Shown: positions 32,604 to 43,016 of the stretch, piece by piece
How the letters are laid out: each line of letters begins with the position of its first letter
Position numbering within the stretch: the first letter of the stretch is position 1
Origin: an uncultured Holophagales bacterium
GTDB lineage: Bacteria; Acidobacteriota; Thermoanaerobaculia; Multivoradales; UBA5704
DNA length: 64,000 bases
Reading direction: 5' to 3'
Assembly (NCBI GenBank): GCA_963842525.1
Contig: CAWJGT010000009.1
Location: 192,001-256,000 of the forward strand
Position numbers and translations under genes: made by a program
Notes under the pieces: generated by a model
Database searches by the model: none
What the model was told of the DNA's origin: nothing
Seen by the model: the letters and a program-made list of their open reading frames with translations, nothing else

Positions 32604-32708
32604 CCGCCCGGGCATGAATGCCCGGGCTAGGAACAGCGCCGGGTGAACCCGGCTTCGAGCCCCATTCATGGGGCGCTGTTGCTAGCCCGGCGATTCATCG
32701 CCGGGCGG
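32604..32708. repeat. REPIN-like nested palindrome
   Basis: GCCCGGGCATGAATGCCCGGGC ... GCCCGGCGATTCATCGCCGGGC in inverted arrangement. Confidence 0.65.
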
Positions 32709-32939
32709 GCCTACGCCTCGACGGGCACCACCCCCTTGCTATACGCTCAGATGCCTGCGCCCCTTCGGGGCTCAGGAGAATTTTGGGGGGCGCAAACCTG
32801 GCGCTGAAGCGCCAGGCTTTATGCCCGACCCCCTTCGGGGCTCTTCCCGCGCCGCCCTCTCGAAATGGGTTCACGCTTTGGACTACGTGCCATCTTCCCC
32901 TCCGGGGAGCTCGTACCCTGGTCGATTAGAACCTCCACG

Positions 32940-33128
32940 CTACGAGGAGCTACGCGCTACGTGGTCGAGCACTGCCTCCGCCTGCTCTCGGACAACGCCC
33001 AGCCTTGCGCCGGACTCGAGATTTTCGAACAGCGCCTTGACAGGCACTCGCGTGCCGCGGAAGACCCAGGCGCCGCTCACACGGTCCGGGTAGCGCTCGA
33101 CAGCGGGGCATTGAGACCAGTCCAGCAT
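32940..33128 (-). pseudogene. DUF433 antitoxin-like protein, internally deleted
   Basis: VSGAWVFRGTRVPVKALFENLESGA, lacking the usual following helix; no partner gene. Confidence 0.7.
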
Positions 33129-33289
33129 CGAAGTCATCTTAACAAAGATCGGCCGACAATGTGGTGGTCGAGGTAGTAGGAGGGGAGGAGGCTGGAACCC
33201 CGAAGGGGGACCGGGCGTAAAGCCTGGCGCTTCAGCGCCAGGTAGCTCGTCCCCACAGATTCCAAGCCCTGAAAGGGCGTAGGCGTGCC

Positions 33290-33741
33290 TCAACCGAGCA
33301 GATATTGATCGTCGTACGGAATCCCCTGTCTTTCAAGAAGCTCGATGAGCTCCTCGCGGAAAGATACTCGCCGATGATGCTCCTCCTGGTTCCGGATGTA
33401 ACGCCGGACCTTCTCGGCCAAGGAGGCACTGACGGAGAAGGCGCCATACCCGTCCTGCCAATCAAAAGACCCAGATGAGTCTGGCCTCTCATTGAGCCAT
33501 TTTGACGACTTGCCCTTGATCTTCTGCACCGCCAGGGCGACTGCCATGGCTGGCTTGAGCTTGACAAGAAGGTGGACATGGTCCGGCATGCCACCAATCT
33601 CCAACAGAATCCCCCCTTCTCCGCGGAGAATGCCGCCCATGTATTGGTACAAGGGCTCTCTGGTTTCGGGCTTAATCAGGGGAAAGCGATTCTTCGTCGA
33701 GAACACGATATGAAAGAGGAGGTTGGCAAAGGTCGAGGCAT
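33290..33741 (-). CDS. tnpA: IS200/IS605-type Y1 (HUH) transposase, REP-associated
   Basis: HIVFSTKNR, DHVHLL, WQDGYGAFSVS and YIRNQEEHH; the ATG at 33741 is one base out of frame. Confidence 0.9.
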
Positions 33742-33883
33742 AGTTTTGAGTGATCTCCAAAATTATTGGCAAGCCCGAGAGCACGCCTACGCCCTTTCAG
33801 GGCTTGAGGGATTGGTGGCTGCCACCCTGGCGCTGAAGCGCCAGGCTTTACGCCCGGGCCCCTTCGGGGCCTTGTTTCCCGGC

Positions 33884-35566
33884 TCAGGCCTCGACCGGCA
33901 CCGCGCCTCCGCGCTCCCCCCGCAGCTTGAGCAGCGCCGAGAGCGCCAGATAAATGGCGAGCAGGATCAGCAGCAGGGCCGCCACGCCGTTGAGCAGCTC
34001 GATGTCGAAGCCCTTGGAGGCGTGGAGGTTGGCCCAGGTCAGCTTGCCCAGGGCCCAGAGGGTGATGGTGAGCACGAAGAGCATGGGGTAGAGGGTGAAG
34101 GCGATCCGCTTGCGGGCCTGGTGGAGCCAGACGGTGATGGAGAGCAGCGTCAGCGCCGCCAGGAGCTGGTTCGAGGCCCCGAAAAGGGTCCAGAATTTCT
34201 GCCACATCCCCTCGCCGGCAAAGGAGAGGAGGAGCGCCGGCGCGATCACCGTCACCGCCGTGGCCGCCACCGCGCCGGTCTTGCCCCGCCAGCCGAGAAG
34301 CTCCTGCAGGAGATAGCGGCCGAGCCGTGTCGAGACGTCCAGCGTGTCGAAGACGAAGGTGGAGAAGGCCATGGCGCCGAAGGTGATGGCGAAAGCCAGG
34401 TTCTCCCTGCCGACGAGCAAGGTCAGGAACTGCCCGATGCCGTTGCCGTAGATGGTGCCGGGCGTCAGGCCCTGGAGCTGGTCCTTGGTCATGATCATCA
34501 CGGTCACCAGGGCGATCAGGGCGACGAAACCCTCGGCGAGCATGGCGCCGTAGCCCACCGGACGGATGTGCGACTCCTTGTCGACCTGTTTGGAGGTGGT
34601 CCCCGAGCAGACCAGGCCGTGGAAGCCCGAGCAGGCGCCGCAGGCGATGGTCACGAAGAGGAAGGGGAAGAGGGTGCCGGTCATCCCGCCGACGTCCCAG
34701 CTCTTGAACGCCGGCTGCTGCACCTGGTAGCCGCCGAAGAAGATCCCGATCACCCCCAGGGCCAGGGCCGAGTAGAGGATGAACCCGCCCAGATAGCCGC
34801 GCGGCTGGAGGAGAATCCAGACCGGGATCATGGAAGCGATGCCGCAGTAGACGAGGATCAGGAGGCTCCAGCCCTTGACGTCGAGGAGGAGAAGGTCCGA
34901 GAGGTAGACCCCGGCCCAGGAGCAGGCGAAGCTCGCCGGCACGAAGATGAGGGTGACCAGCCAGAGCGGCGGCTTCCAGAGCTTCTGGACGACGCCCAGC
35001 ACGAAGGCCAGCAGGAGATAGAGGACGCTCGCCGCGGCCACGGCGCCGCCGGGGTGGAAGGAGACGCCTCCCGCGGCCTGCAGCTCCTCGGTGCCCACCA
35101 CGAAGCTGCGCGCGGTGATGTCGACGAAGGCCACGATCACGTAGATCAGGGCGATCCAGATGAAGGCCATCATGGCGAGCCCCGCCTTGCGCCCCAGGTG
35201 CTCGCCGGTGATCTCGGCGATCGAGCTGGCGCCGTGGCGCACCGAGGCGGTCAGGCTGGAGAAGTCGTGCACCGCGCCGATGAATACCACGCCGAGGCCG
35301 ACCCAGAGCAGGCAGGGGAGCCATCCGAAGGCCTGGCAGGCGATGATCGGGCCGGCGATCGGGCCGGCCGCGGCGATCGCCGAGAAGTGCTGGGCGAAGA
35401 GGTAGAAGGGAGCGGTGGGGACGAAGTCGACCCCGTCGTTGACCTTGTGCGCCGGCGTCACCCGGCTGTCATCGAGCGCGAACTGCCGCGCCACCCACCC
35501 GCCGTAGATCCGGTAGGCGGCGAACAGCAGGACCAGGAAACCGGTCGCGAGCAGGGGCAGATTCAT
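33884..35566 (-). CDS. cstA: Carbon starvation CstA family transporter
   Basis: DGVDFVP, HFSAIAAAGPIAGP, IACGACSGFH and FGASNQLLA motifs. Confidence 0.92.
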   Translation of the reverse strand: MNLPLLATGFLVLLFAAYRIYGGWVARQFALDDSRVTPAHKVNDGVDFVPTAPFYLFAQHFSAIAAAGPIAGPIIACQAFGWLPCLLWVGLGVVFIGAVHDFSSLTASVRHGASSIAEITGEHLGRKAGLAMMAFIWIALIYVIVAFVDITARSFVVGTEELQAAGGVSFHPGGAVAAASVLYLLLAFVLGVVQKLWKPPLWLVTLIFVPASFACSWAGVYLSDLLLLDVKGWSLLILVYCGIASMIPVWILLQPRGYLGGFILYSALALGVIGIFFGGYQVQQPAFKSWDVGGMTGTLFPFLFVTIACGACSGFHGLVCSGTTSKQVDKESHIRPVGYGAMLAEGFVALIALVTVMIMTKDQLQGLTPGTIYGNGIGQFLTLLVGRENLAFAITFGAMAFSTFVFDTLDVSTRLGRYLLQELLGWRGKTGAVAATAVTVIAPALLLSFAGEGMWQKFWTLFGASNQLLAALTLLSITVWLHQARKRIAFTLYPMLFVLTITLWALGKLTWANLHASKGFDIELLNGVAALLLILLAIYLALSALLKLRGERGGAVPVEA

Positions 35567-37458
35567 GGCGGGGCGACCGCGGCTTCGCTGCGCCTTCCCA
35601 GCCAGAGGACGCCGCCGATGATGATCGCCGTGCCGAGCACCAGCGAGATCCAGGGAGAAAGGCCGTAGGCGGTGGGGATGTCGCCCACCAGCATGCCCAG
35701 GAGCCCGATGCTCAGGGCGTAGGGGAGCTGTGTGCGGACGTGGGCGATGTGGTCACACCCTGAGGCCATGCTGGAGAGGATGGTGGTATCCGAGATGGGG
35801 GAGCAGTGGTCGCCCCAGACGCTGCCCGCCAGCACCGAGGAGATGGTGCCCAGGAGCAGGACATAGTAGACCTCGCTCCCCACTGGATGGCCGCCGTCGA
35901 GCGAGAGCCCGTGGGAGATCGGGATGACCAGGGGCATGAGGATGCCCATGGTGCCCCAGGAGGTGCCGGTGGCGAAGGAGACCGCTGCCGAGACCAGGAA
36001 CACCAGCACCGGCAGGAAGTGCGGCGAGACCACCCCCCGCGTGAGGCTCACCACGTAGTCGGCGGTGTGGAGCTCGGTGCAGACGCCGCTGATGGACCAG
36101 GCGAGGGTGAGGACCACCACCGCGAGCAGCATGGCCTTGAAGCCTTCGAGCAGGGCCGCCACGGCCTCCTTGACGTCGATCAGGCGTTGCGAGAGAGGCA
36201 GGATGAGCGCGGCCAGCACCCCCGAGAGGCTCGCCCAGAGAAGGACGTCGAGCGACGACGCCTCCGAAAAGACGGCGCGGATCCAGGCGGTGAAGCTTGC
36301 GAAGCGCGCCCGGTCTAGGCCCGCCGCACCGGAGACGTAGAGGCCCACGATGGTCACCACGATAACGGTGAAGATGGGCAGGAGGGCGTTGCGCGACCGG
36401 TGGGGGATGCCGGCCCGGGGCGCCAGCCCGGAGCCGGAGAAGTCGCCGAGCGCCACGTGCTCGTCGGCGAGCACCTTGCCGGTGGCCGCGGCGCGCCGCT
36501 CGGCCGCCAGCATGGGGCCGAAGTCGCGGCCGCTCGCCGCGATGGCGAGGCCCAGCACGAGCGCAAACAGAGGATAGAAACGGAAGACGATGGAGCCGAT
36601 GAAGGCGCCGAACGCGTCATAGGGCAGCGACAGGGCCGAGAAGGCGGCGGTGATCAGCCCCACCTCGAAGCCGACCCAGGTCGACAGCGGCACGATGCTC
36701 GCCACCGGCGCCGCGGTGGAGTCGACGATGTAGGCGAGCTTCTCGCGGCTGATCCGCAGGCGGTCGGTGATCGGCCGCATGGTCGGCCCGACGATGAGGG
36801 TGTTGGCGTAGTCGTCGAAGAAGATCAGCAGGCCCATGAGCCAGGCGGCGAGCTGGCCCCGGCGGCTGGAGGTCGCCAGCGGGGTGAGCCTCTCGACGAT
36901 CCCCTGGCTGCCGCCGCTCCGGCTCATCACCCCGACCATCCCGCCGAGGAGGATGGTGAAGATGACGATCTTGGCGTGGTCGCCGTCTGCCAGAGCCGGC
37001 GCCACGAACTGGTCCGCCGAACGGGCGAAGGCGGTCCAGGGTACCCAGCCGTTGAGGGCGAGGGCGCCGACGAAGACGCCCGAGAAAAGCGCGATCAGGA
37101 CGTCCTTGAAGATCAGCGCCAGGCCGATCGCCACCAGCGGCGGGAGAAGAGAGATCCAGGCGGGCAGGGTGCGGATCGCGGCTTCAGCCCGGGAGCCGCC
37201 GGCCTCCAGGGCCAGGGTGTGGCGCCCCGAGGCCAGATCGGCCCCGGGCACGGCGAGGGGTTGGGTGCCGGGCACGAGGCTGACCTGGCTCACCTCGCGG
37301 CCGTCGACGAGGACGCGGCCTGCGAGCGCCTCGCCGGGAGCGAGGCCGGCGACTCCCACCTCGAGGTGGAGCGGCTGGCCCGAGAGCGAAGCGCCGTCCA
37401 GGCTCACCGTGAGCTCGGCAGCCTCCGCCCGCGAGCCGGCGGCCGCCACGAGCAGCAC
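35563..37458 (-). CDS. Na+/H+ antiporter NhaC family protein (start uncertain)
   Basis: FFDDYAN, SREKLAYIVDSTAAP, GTSWGT and GDHCSPISDTT motifs. Confidence 0.88.
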   Translation of the reverse strand: MLLVAAAGSRAEAAELTVSLDGASLSGQPLHLEVGVAGLAPGEALAGRVLVDGREVSQVSLVPGTQPLAVPGADLASGRHTLALEAGGSRAEAAIRTLPAWISLLPPLVAIGLALIFKDVLIALFSGVFVGALALNGWVPWTAFARSADQFVAPALADGDHAKIVIFTILLGGMVGVMSRSGGSQGIVERLTPLATSSRRGQLAAWLMGLLIFFDDYANTLIVGPTMRPITDRLRISREKLAYIVDSTAAPVASIVPLSTWVGFEVGLITAAFSALSLPYDAFGAFIGSIVFRFYPLFALVLGLAIAASGRDFGPMLAAERRAAATGKVLADEHVALGDFSGSGLAPRAGIPHRSRNALLPIFTVIVVTIVGLYVSGAAGLDRARFASFTAWIRAVFSEASSLDVLLWASLSGVLAALILPLSQRLIDVKEAVAALLEGFKAMLLAVVVLTLAWSISGVCTELHTADYVVSLTRGVVSPHFLPVLVFLVSAAVSFATGTSWGTMGILMPLVIPISHGLSLDGGHPVGSEVYYVLLLGTISSVLAGSVWGDHCSPISDTTILSSMASGCDHIAHVRTQLPYALSIGLLGMLVGDIPTAYGLSPWISLVLGTAIIIGGVLWLGRRSEAAVAPP

Positions 37459-37622
37459 TGCGAGCCCCAGGATCAGCGATTTCGTGCGGAAGATGCCTTG
37501 GAGCAGGGCGGGCCTCCCATCTTCAAGAGGGTTCAGATCCGGTCAAGAACGGGCGGGAGTGTGACATGGGAGGGAGGTCTGTGCAACCGGCCCGTTTTCC
37601 TCTAGCATAGGCCCCCTATTTC

Positions 37623-38916
37623 ATGGCCAAGCGCATCCCCCTGCACACGCGCATCCTGATTGGCGGCCTCCTGGGCGCGGTGGCCGGGATCGTGGCCCAT
37701 CTCGCCTTCGGGGACGACCCGGGCCTCGCGTCCTTCATCGCCTGGGTCACCGGCCCGATCGGACGGATCTTCCTCAACCTCCTCTTCATGCTGGTGATCC
37801 CGTTGCTCTTCTCGGCCCTGGTGCTGGGAGTGGCGGGCCTGGGAGACCCCCGGTCGCTGGGGCGGATCGGCCTCAAGGCCCTCGCCTATACCGTCGTCGT
37901 GTCGGCCATCGCCGTGCTGCTCGGCATCACCCTGGTCAACCTCTTCCGGCCGGGCGAGGCCATCTCCCCCGAGCTCAAGACGCGCCTGGAGGCGACAGCC
38001 GCGCAGCGCCTGGCCGGCCAGACCGCGGCGCCGGCCCCGAAAAGCGGGATCGACATGCTGGTCGACATCGTCCCGCGCAACCCCATCAAGTCCGCGGCGG
38101 ACGGCGACATGCTCGCCGTGATCTTCTTCTCCCTGTTCGTCGGCATCGGCCTGGCCCTCGTCCGCACCCCCGCCGCCCTGCGCTTCCAGGAGGCCCTCGA
38201 GGGGCTCCTCGACGTCAGCATGCGGCTGATCGGCCTGGTCATCGCCTTCGCCCCCATTGGGGTGGCCGCCCTGCTGTTCAATCTGACCGCCCAGCTCGGG
38301 TATGAGGTGCTGGGGCCGCTCGCCCGCTATGTCGGGGTCGTGCTGCTCGCCCTCGCCATCCACCAGTTCGTCGTCTACTCCCTGGCGGTCCGTTTCCTGG
38401 GCGGCATGAGCCCGCTCGCCTTCTTCCGCGGCATCCAGGAGGCGATGATCACGGCGTTCTCGACGGCGTCGAGCAACGCCACCCTGCCGACCGCCCTGCG
38501 GGTGGCCGAAGACGAGCTGCGGCTGCCGCCGAGCGTCAGCCGCTTCGTGCTGACCGTCGGGGCGACGATGAACCAGAACGGCACCGCCCTGTTCGAAGGG
38601 GTGACGGTGCTGTTCCTGGCCCAGTTCTACGGCGTCGAGCTCGAGCCTGGCGCAGCAGACCATGGTGGTGAGCATCTGCATCCTCGGCGGCGTCGGCACG
38701 GCCGGCGTCCCCGCCGGGTCGATCCCCGTGGTGGCCATGATCCTCGGCCTGGTCGGCATCCCGGCCGAGGGGATCGGCCTGATCCTCGGAGTCGACCGTT
38801 TTCTGGACATGTGCCGTACAGTCCTCAACGTCAGCGGGGACCTGGCGGCAGCAGTGGTGGTGTCGCGTGGCGAGGCAGGCACTGTGATCGCACCGGCGGT
38901 GGCGCCGGACATGTAA
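37623..38916 (+). CDS. Dicarboxylate/amino acid:cation symporter (frameshift near 38645)
   Basis: AFSTASSNATLP and GATMNQNGTA; GVDRFLDMCRT in the next frame. Confidence 0.9.
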
Positions 38917-39066
38917 AACCGGGCAGGCATGGTTCCTGCTATTACCGAGAGCGTGGTTCCCCGGTGCGCCGGGGGCTCATCCTCCTTGGATCGTGAAGGA
39001 CATGCCGGCAGGACACCGGGAACCAAATCCGGGGTGTTCCCATCTAAGTGGCGGAGAGGTGACGAC

Positions 39067-39918
39067 ATGCACAGACCGTTTTCTATTCTTCTCGCCGTAC
39101 TCCTGATCGCCCCGGCCTTGGGGGGGTGCAACAAGGTCCAGGCGCGGGTCGAGATGAAGAAGGGCAACGCGCTGTATCAGCAGGAGGCCTATATTGCAGC
39201 ACTTGATCAATTCCAGAAGGGGCTCGAGCTGGACCCGAACGCCACTTTTGCCTGGCGTTCGGTGGGGCTGACGGCGCTCGCCCTCTACCGCCCCGGGGAT
39301 CCGGGCCCCAAGAACACCGGCTACAGCAAGACCGCCATCGAAGCCTTCGAGAAGTACCTGGTCGACTATCCGGATGACGAGAAGGTCCAGGACTACCTGA
39401 TGACCATGTACGTCAACGACAAGGACTACGACGAGGCGCTGGCCTTCCTCGACAAGCAGGCGCAGAACAGCGACGACCCGAACGATCCGAAGTTCGATAC
39501 CTCGCGGGTGCGCATCCTCCTGCAGTCGAACCGGACCGATCAGGCCTGGCAGCTCGCGCAGAAGCTGCCGGCGAGCCCGGCCAAGGCGGAAACGCTCTAT
39601 TCGATCGGCGTAGCGTCCTGGGACAAGTCGTACAACGACAAGAGCCTCGATCCGGTCACCCGCGAGCAGGTGGTCGACCGGGGGCTCAAGGCGACCGAGC
39701 AGGCTCTGCAAATCAGGCCGGAATATTTTGAAGCGATGGTCTATTACAACCTGCTCTACCGCGAAAAGGCGAAGATGCAGACGGACGTGGCGAAGCGGGA
39801 GGAGTACCTAGCGCAAGCCCAGGAGTGGGTCCAGAAGGCCACTGCGCTACGCAAAAAGCAGCAGGCGGAGGAGAAGGCAAAAGCCGCGGCCGAAGCGAAG
39901 GCCGCATCGGCAACCTAA
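39067..39918 (+). CDS. TPR lipoprotein
   Basis: Lipobox LGGC; TPR helices. Confidence 0.8.
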   Translation: MHRPFSILLAVLLIAPALGGCNKVQARVEMKKGNALYQQEAYIAALDQFQKGLELDPNATFAWRSVGLTALALYRPGDPGPKNTGYSKTAIEAFEKYLVDYPDDEKVQDYLMTMYVNDKDYDEALAFLDKQAQNSDDPNDPKFDTSRVRILLQSNRTDQAWQLAQKLPASPAKAETLYSIGVASWDKSYNDKSLDPVTREQVVDRGLKATEQALQIRPEYFEAMVYYNLLYREKAKMQTDVAKREEYLAQAQEWVQKATALRKKQQAEEKAKAAAEAKAASAT

Positions 39919-39942
39919 TCGTCTCAGGGACAGGGTGAAACG

Positions 39943-40716
39943 ATGTTCGAGAGCTCACTGTACGAATTGGACAAGACACGGAAGCGCGGCATCCGCTGGT
40001 ACATCCTGCCGGTCGCCGTCTTCATCCACCTGGCGGTCGCCGGGGCCTTCCTCTTCGCCAACTATTGGGAGGTGCCCCCCGTTCCGGAGCCGCCGATCAA
40101 CGTCGTATTCTTCAGCGCGGCGGCGCCGCCGCCACCACCCCCGCCGCCTCCTCCCCCGCCGCCTCCGGCCCCGAAGGCGGTGCCCAAGGTCGAGACGCCC
40201 AAGGAGCTGCCGGTGGTGCGGCCCACCGAGCCGGTACAGCCCGTCGAGGTGCCTGACATCGTGCCCGAGGCGACCACGGAGCCCGAGGTCGGGGTCGAAG
40301 GCGGCGTCGAAGGCGGCGTCGAAGGCGGTGTCGCCGGCGGTGTCGCCGGCGGTGTGGTGGGCGGCGTCCCCGGCGGTGTCGTCGGTGGTACGCCCGGCGG
40401 CGTGCCCGGCGGCGTTGTCGACGACGCTCCGCTGCGGGTCGGCGGCGGCGTCTCCCGGCCGGAGAAGATCTCCGGCTCGCCTCCGGTGTATACCGAGGTG
40501 GCGCGCAAGGCCCGCGTCACCGGCGTGGTGATCGTGGAGGCCATCATCGACGAGAGTGGAAACGTGACCAATGCGCGGGTGCTCAAGGGGCTGCCCATGG
40601 GCCTCGACAAAGCCGCCCTGGAGGCCGTCCAGAGATGGAAGTTCAAGCCGGCCCAGTACCAGGGACGTCCTGTGAAGGTGTACTACACGCTGACCGTGAA
40701 CTTCCAGGTGCAGTGA
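39943..40716 (+). CDS. tonB: Energy transducer TonB
   Basis: TM anchor with His, poly-Pro stretch, GVxG repeats, TonB C-terminal domain. Confidence 0.9.
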   Translation: MFESSLYELDKTRKRGIRWYILPVAVFIHLAVAGAFLFANYWEVPPVPEPPINVVFFSAAAPPPPPPPPPPPPPPAPKAVPKVETPKELPVVRPTEPVQPVEVPDIVPEATTEPEVGVEGGVEGGVEGGVAGGVAGGVVGGVPGGVVGGTPGGVPGGVVDDAPLRVGGGVSRPEKISGSPPVYTEVARKARVTGVVIVEAIIDESGNVTNARVLKGLPMGLDKAALEAVQRWKFKPAQYQGRPVKVYYTLTVNFQVQ

Positions 40717-40744
40717 GCACCTGCGTCTAAAGGAGAGCCGAGTT

Positions 40745-41425
40745 ATGGATTTTAGTATCGTCGGCATGTGGGAATCGATGACCATCATCGCCAAGTTGGT
40801 CGTCATTGTCCTCCTGATCCTTTCCGTCTGGTCGCTCTACATCGCCGTGGAGCGCGTCCTGACCTTCCGCAAAGCCGAGAAGCAGTCGCTGGCCTTCGCC
40901 AAGATCGCGACCGACCACCTCAAGCACGACCGGCCGCAGGCGGTGGTCGACAGCGCCATGAAGTACCCTGCCAGCCACCTGGCCCGCGTCGTCTCCGCCG
41001 GGTTGCAGGCGTACCAGTTCGAGGCGCAGACCAGCAATCTGTCGGACGAGGAAATCATCGAGGCCGCCAACCGCGCCGTCGAGCGCGCCAGCCTGCTGAC
41101 CCTCTCCGACTTCAAGAAAGGCACCGGTAGCCTGGCGACCATCGCCACCACCGCCCCCTTCATCGGCCTGTTCGGCACCGTGATCGGCATCATCAACGCC
41201 TTCCGCGGCATGTCCATGACCGGCTCGGCCGGTATCGGCGCGGTGGCGGGCGGTATCGCCGAGGCGCTCGTCGCCACGGCGATCGGTCTGTTCGTGGCCA
41301 TTCCCGCCGCCTGGATGTTCAACTACCTCCAGGGCCGCCTCGAGCGGCTCCAGGTCGAGATGAACAACTCCGGGTCGGAGCTCGTGGACTTTTTCGTGAA
41401 GAGACAGAAAAAGAATGCGGCATAA
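40745..41425 (+). CDS. exbB: MotA/TolQ/ExbB proton channel
   Basis: TAPFIGLFGTVIGI and GIAEALVATAIGL motifs. Confidence 0.9.
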   Translation: MDFSIVGMWESMTIIAKLVVIVLLILSVWSLYIAVERVLTFRKAEKQSLAFAKIATDHLKHDRPQAVVDSAMKYPASHLARVVSAGLQAYQFEAQTSNLSDEEIIEAANRAVERASLLTLSDFKKGTGSLATIATTAPFIGLFGTVIGIINAFRGMSMTGSAGIGAVAGGIAEALVATAIGLFVAIPAAWMFNYLQGRLERLQVEMNNSGSELVDFFVKRQKKNAA

Positions 41426-41444
41426 TAAGAAAAAGCCCAACCCT

Positions 41445-41858
41445 ATGGCCGATAACTCCTTCCGAGGAGACATCAACGTCACTCCGCTGGTCGATGTCTG
41501 CCTCGTGCTCCTGATCATCTTCATGGTGGTCACCCCGATGCTGCAGAAGGGCGTCGATGTGGCCCTGCCGGAGACCGACAATCCGACGAAGATGCCGGAG
41601 AGCGAAAAGGATCTCGCGGTCTCCATCAAGCAGGACGGCAGCGTCTATGTCCAGGGCAACTGGGTCCAGGACGAGGCCCTGCCCGCCCGGCTCAAGGAGG
41701 TCCATGACCAGACCCCCGAGAAGGCCGTGGTGGTCAAGGGGGACCGCCGTCTCAAGTACAAGGACGTGCGGCGGATCATGCGGCTCATCAACGAGGCCGG
41801 TTTCACACGCGTAGGCTTGGTGACCGACCAGAAGGACAAGTCCGACGGTGGCGCCTAG
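41445..41858 (+). CDS. exbD: ExbD/TolR
   Basis: INVTPLVDVCLVLLIIFMV. Confidence 0.9.
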   Translation: MADNSFRGDINVTPLVDVCLVLLIIFMVVTPMLQKGVDVALPETDNPTKMPESEKDLAVSIKQDGSVYVQGNWVQDEALPARLKEVHDQTPEKAVVVKGDRRLKYKDVRRIMRLINEAGFTRVGLVTDQKDKSDGGA

Positions 41859-41870
41859 GAGGTAACGAAC

Positions 41871-42347
41871 ATGGCGATGAGTGTTGGGTCGTCAAGCGGC
41901 CCGAAGAGCGACATCAACATCACACCGCTGGTCGACGTGGTGCTGGTGCTCCTGATCATCTTCATGGTGATCACACCGATCATCCAGATGGGGTACGAGG
42001 TCCAGGTGCCGCCCAAGGTCGAATCGGTGGTGCCGGCCCCCTCCGATGACCAGGTGATCGTGCGCATGGACGCCGAGGGGAACCGGTTCATCAACAAGCA
42101 GATGCTCTCGGAGTCGGAATTCCCCCAGAGGCTGCGCACGGCCCTCACGGGGCGCAAGTCCAAGGTCATCTTCTTCGCGGCGGACGGCGAGCTCGAATAC
42201 GACATGGTCGCGGACTTCATGGACGTCTGCCGCGACAATGGCGCCGAGAACCTCGGCATCGTCTTCGAGGACATGAGGAGCGCACCCGCCGCCGCGTCCG
42301 GGCTCGGTACGGCTGCGCCCGCTCCCGCGGCGACCGGCGGACCCTAG
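41871..42347 (+). CDS. exbD: ExbD/TolR (second copy)
   Basis: INITPLVDVVLVLLIIFMV. Confidence 0.9.
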   Translation: MAMSVGSSSGPKSDINITPLVDVVLVLLIIFMVITPIIQMGYEVQVPPKVESVVPAPSDDQVIVRMDAEGNRFINKQMLSESEFPQRLRTALTGRKSKVIFFAADGELEYDMVADFMDVCRDNGAENLGIVFEDMRSAPAAASGLGTAAPAPAATGGP

Positions 42348-42413
42348 GTCCGGCCGCGCCTTTCATTCCCCTGGCTGGAGCAGGGGTGGCCGGGCCACAG
42401 GCCCCGGCCGCCC

Positions 42414-42881
42414 CTACTTCGCGGGCTCGAAGAGCGCTCGGAGCCTTCCCAGCAACAGATTCAGCGGATTGGAACGGGCGAGGAACCGCAGGACCGGAAA
42501 GCGCCGGATCCCGAGCTCGCGGTGCAGGGCCAGCAGCTCCAGGTTGTGCGGGTCGACCTTGAGCCCGTCGAGGATCGCACGGACCGCCTCCGTCCGTTCG
42601 TTGCCCAGAAGGCAGGTCTTCGCCAGGTTCACATAGTTGTCGGGCTCGTAGAACTGCACCTTGATCGAGTGCCGGCAGAGCTTCAGCCCCTCCTGCACCC
42701 GCCGTTGGCAGCGCGCGATCCCATAGCCCAGGTACGAGTAGAACAGCCCCGGCAGAGCCTTCGACCGGTCCGCCTCGGCCACCCGCCCCAGAAAATAGAG
42801 GCCGCCGTCCCAGTCGTCCTGGCGGCAGCATTCGACCCCCCTCCGCACCACCTCCTCCAGACTCTGGCGAGCCGCGAGCAT
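42414..42881 (-). CDS. Small TPR protein
   Basis: YSYLGYGIA...NYVNLAK...GLKVDP. Confidence 0.75.
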   Translation of the reverse strand: MLAARQSLEEVVRRGVECCRQDDWDGGLYFLGRVAEADRSKALPGLFYSYLGYGIARCQRRVQEGLKLCRHSIKVQFYEPDNYVNLAKTCLLGNERTEAVRAILDGLKVDPHNLELLALHRELGIRRFPVLRFLARSNPLNLLLGRLRALFEPAK

Positions 42882-43016
42882 GAGAGGACCTCCCCGATAG
42901 TATAGCTAAATGTACATAACAAAAGGCTCTGGAGCAAGCCCCTCCGGCCCCCTCCGAACGCGAGCCCTCTCCGGGCGTGGTATCCTTAAGCCTCTGTCCG
43001 TTTTTGAGGCCGTACC

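Larger units (their letters stand above)
32797..33870. repeat. Three REP-like palindrome clusters around the Y1 transposase
   Basis: CCTGGCGCTGAAGCGCCAGG with CCCCTTCGGGG at about 32797, 33197 (inverted) and 33826; CCCTGAAAGGG/CCCTTTCAGGG bracket the gene. Confidence 0.85.

Noticed and set aside
40120-40420. Poly-Pro and GVxG tandem repeats
   Set aside because: Normal low-complexity TonB linker.
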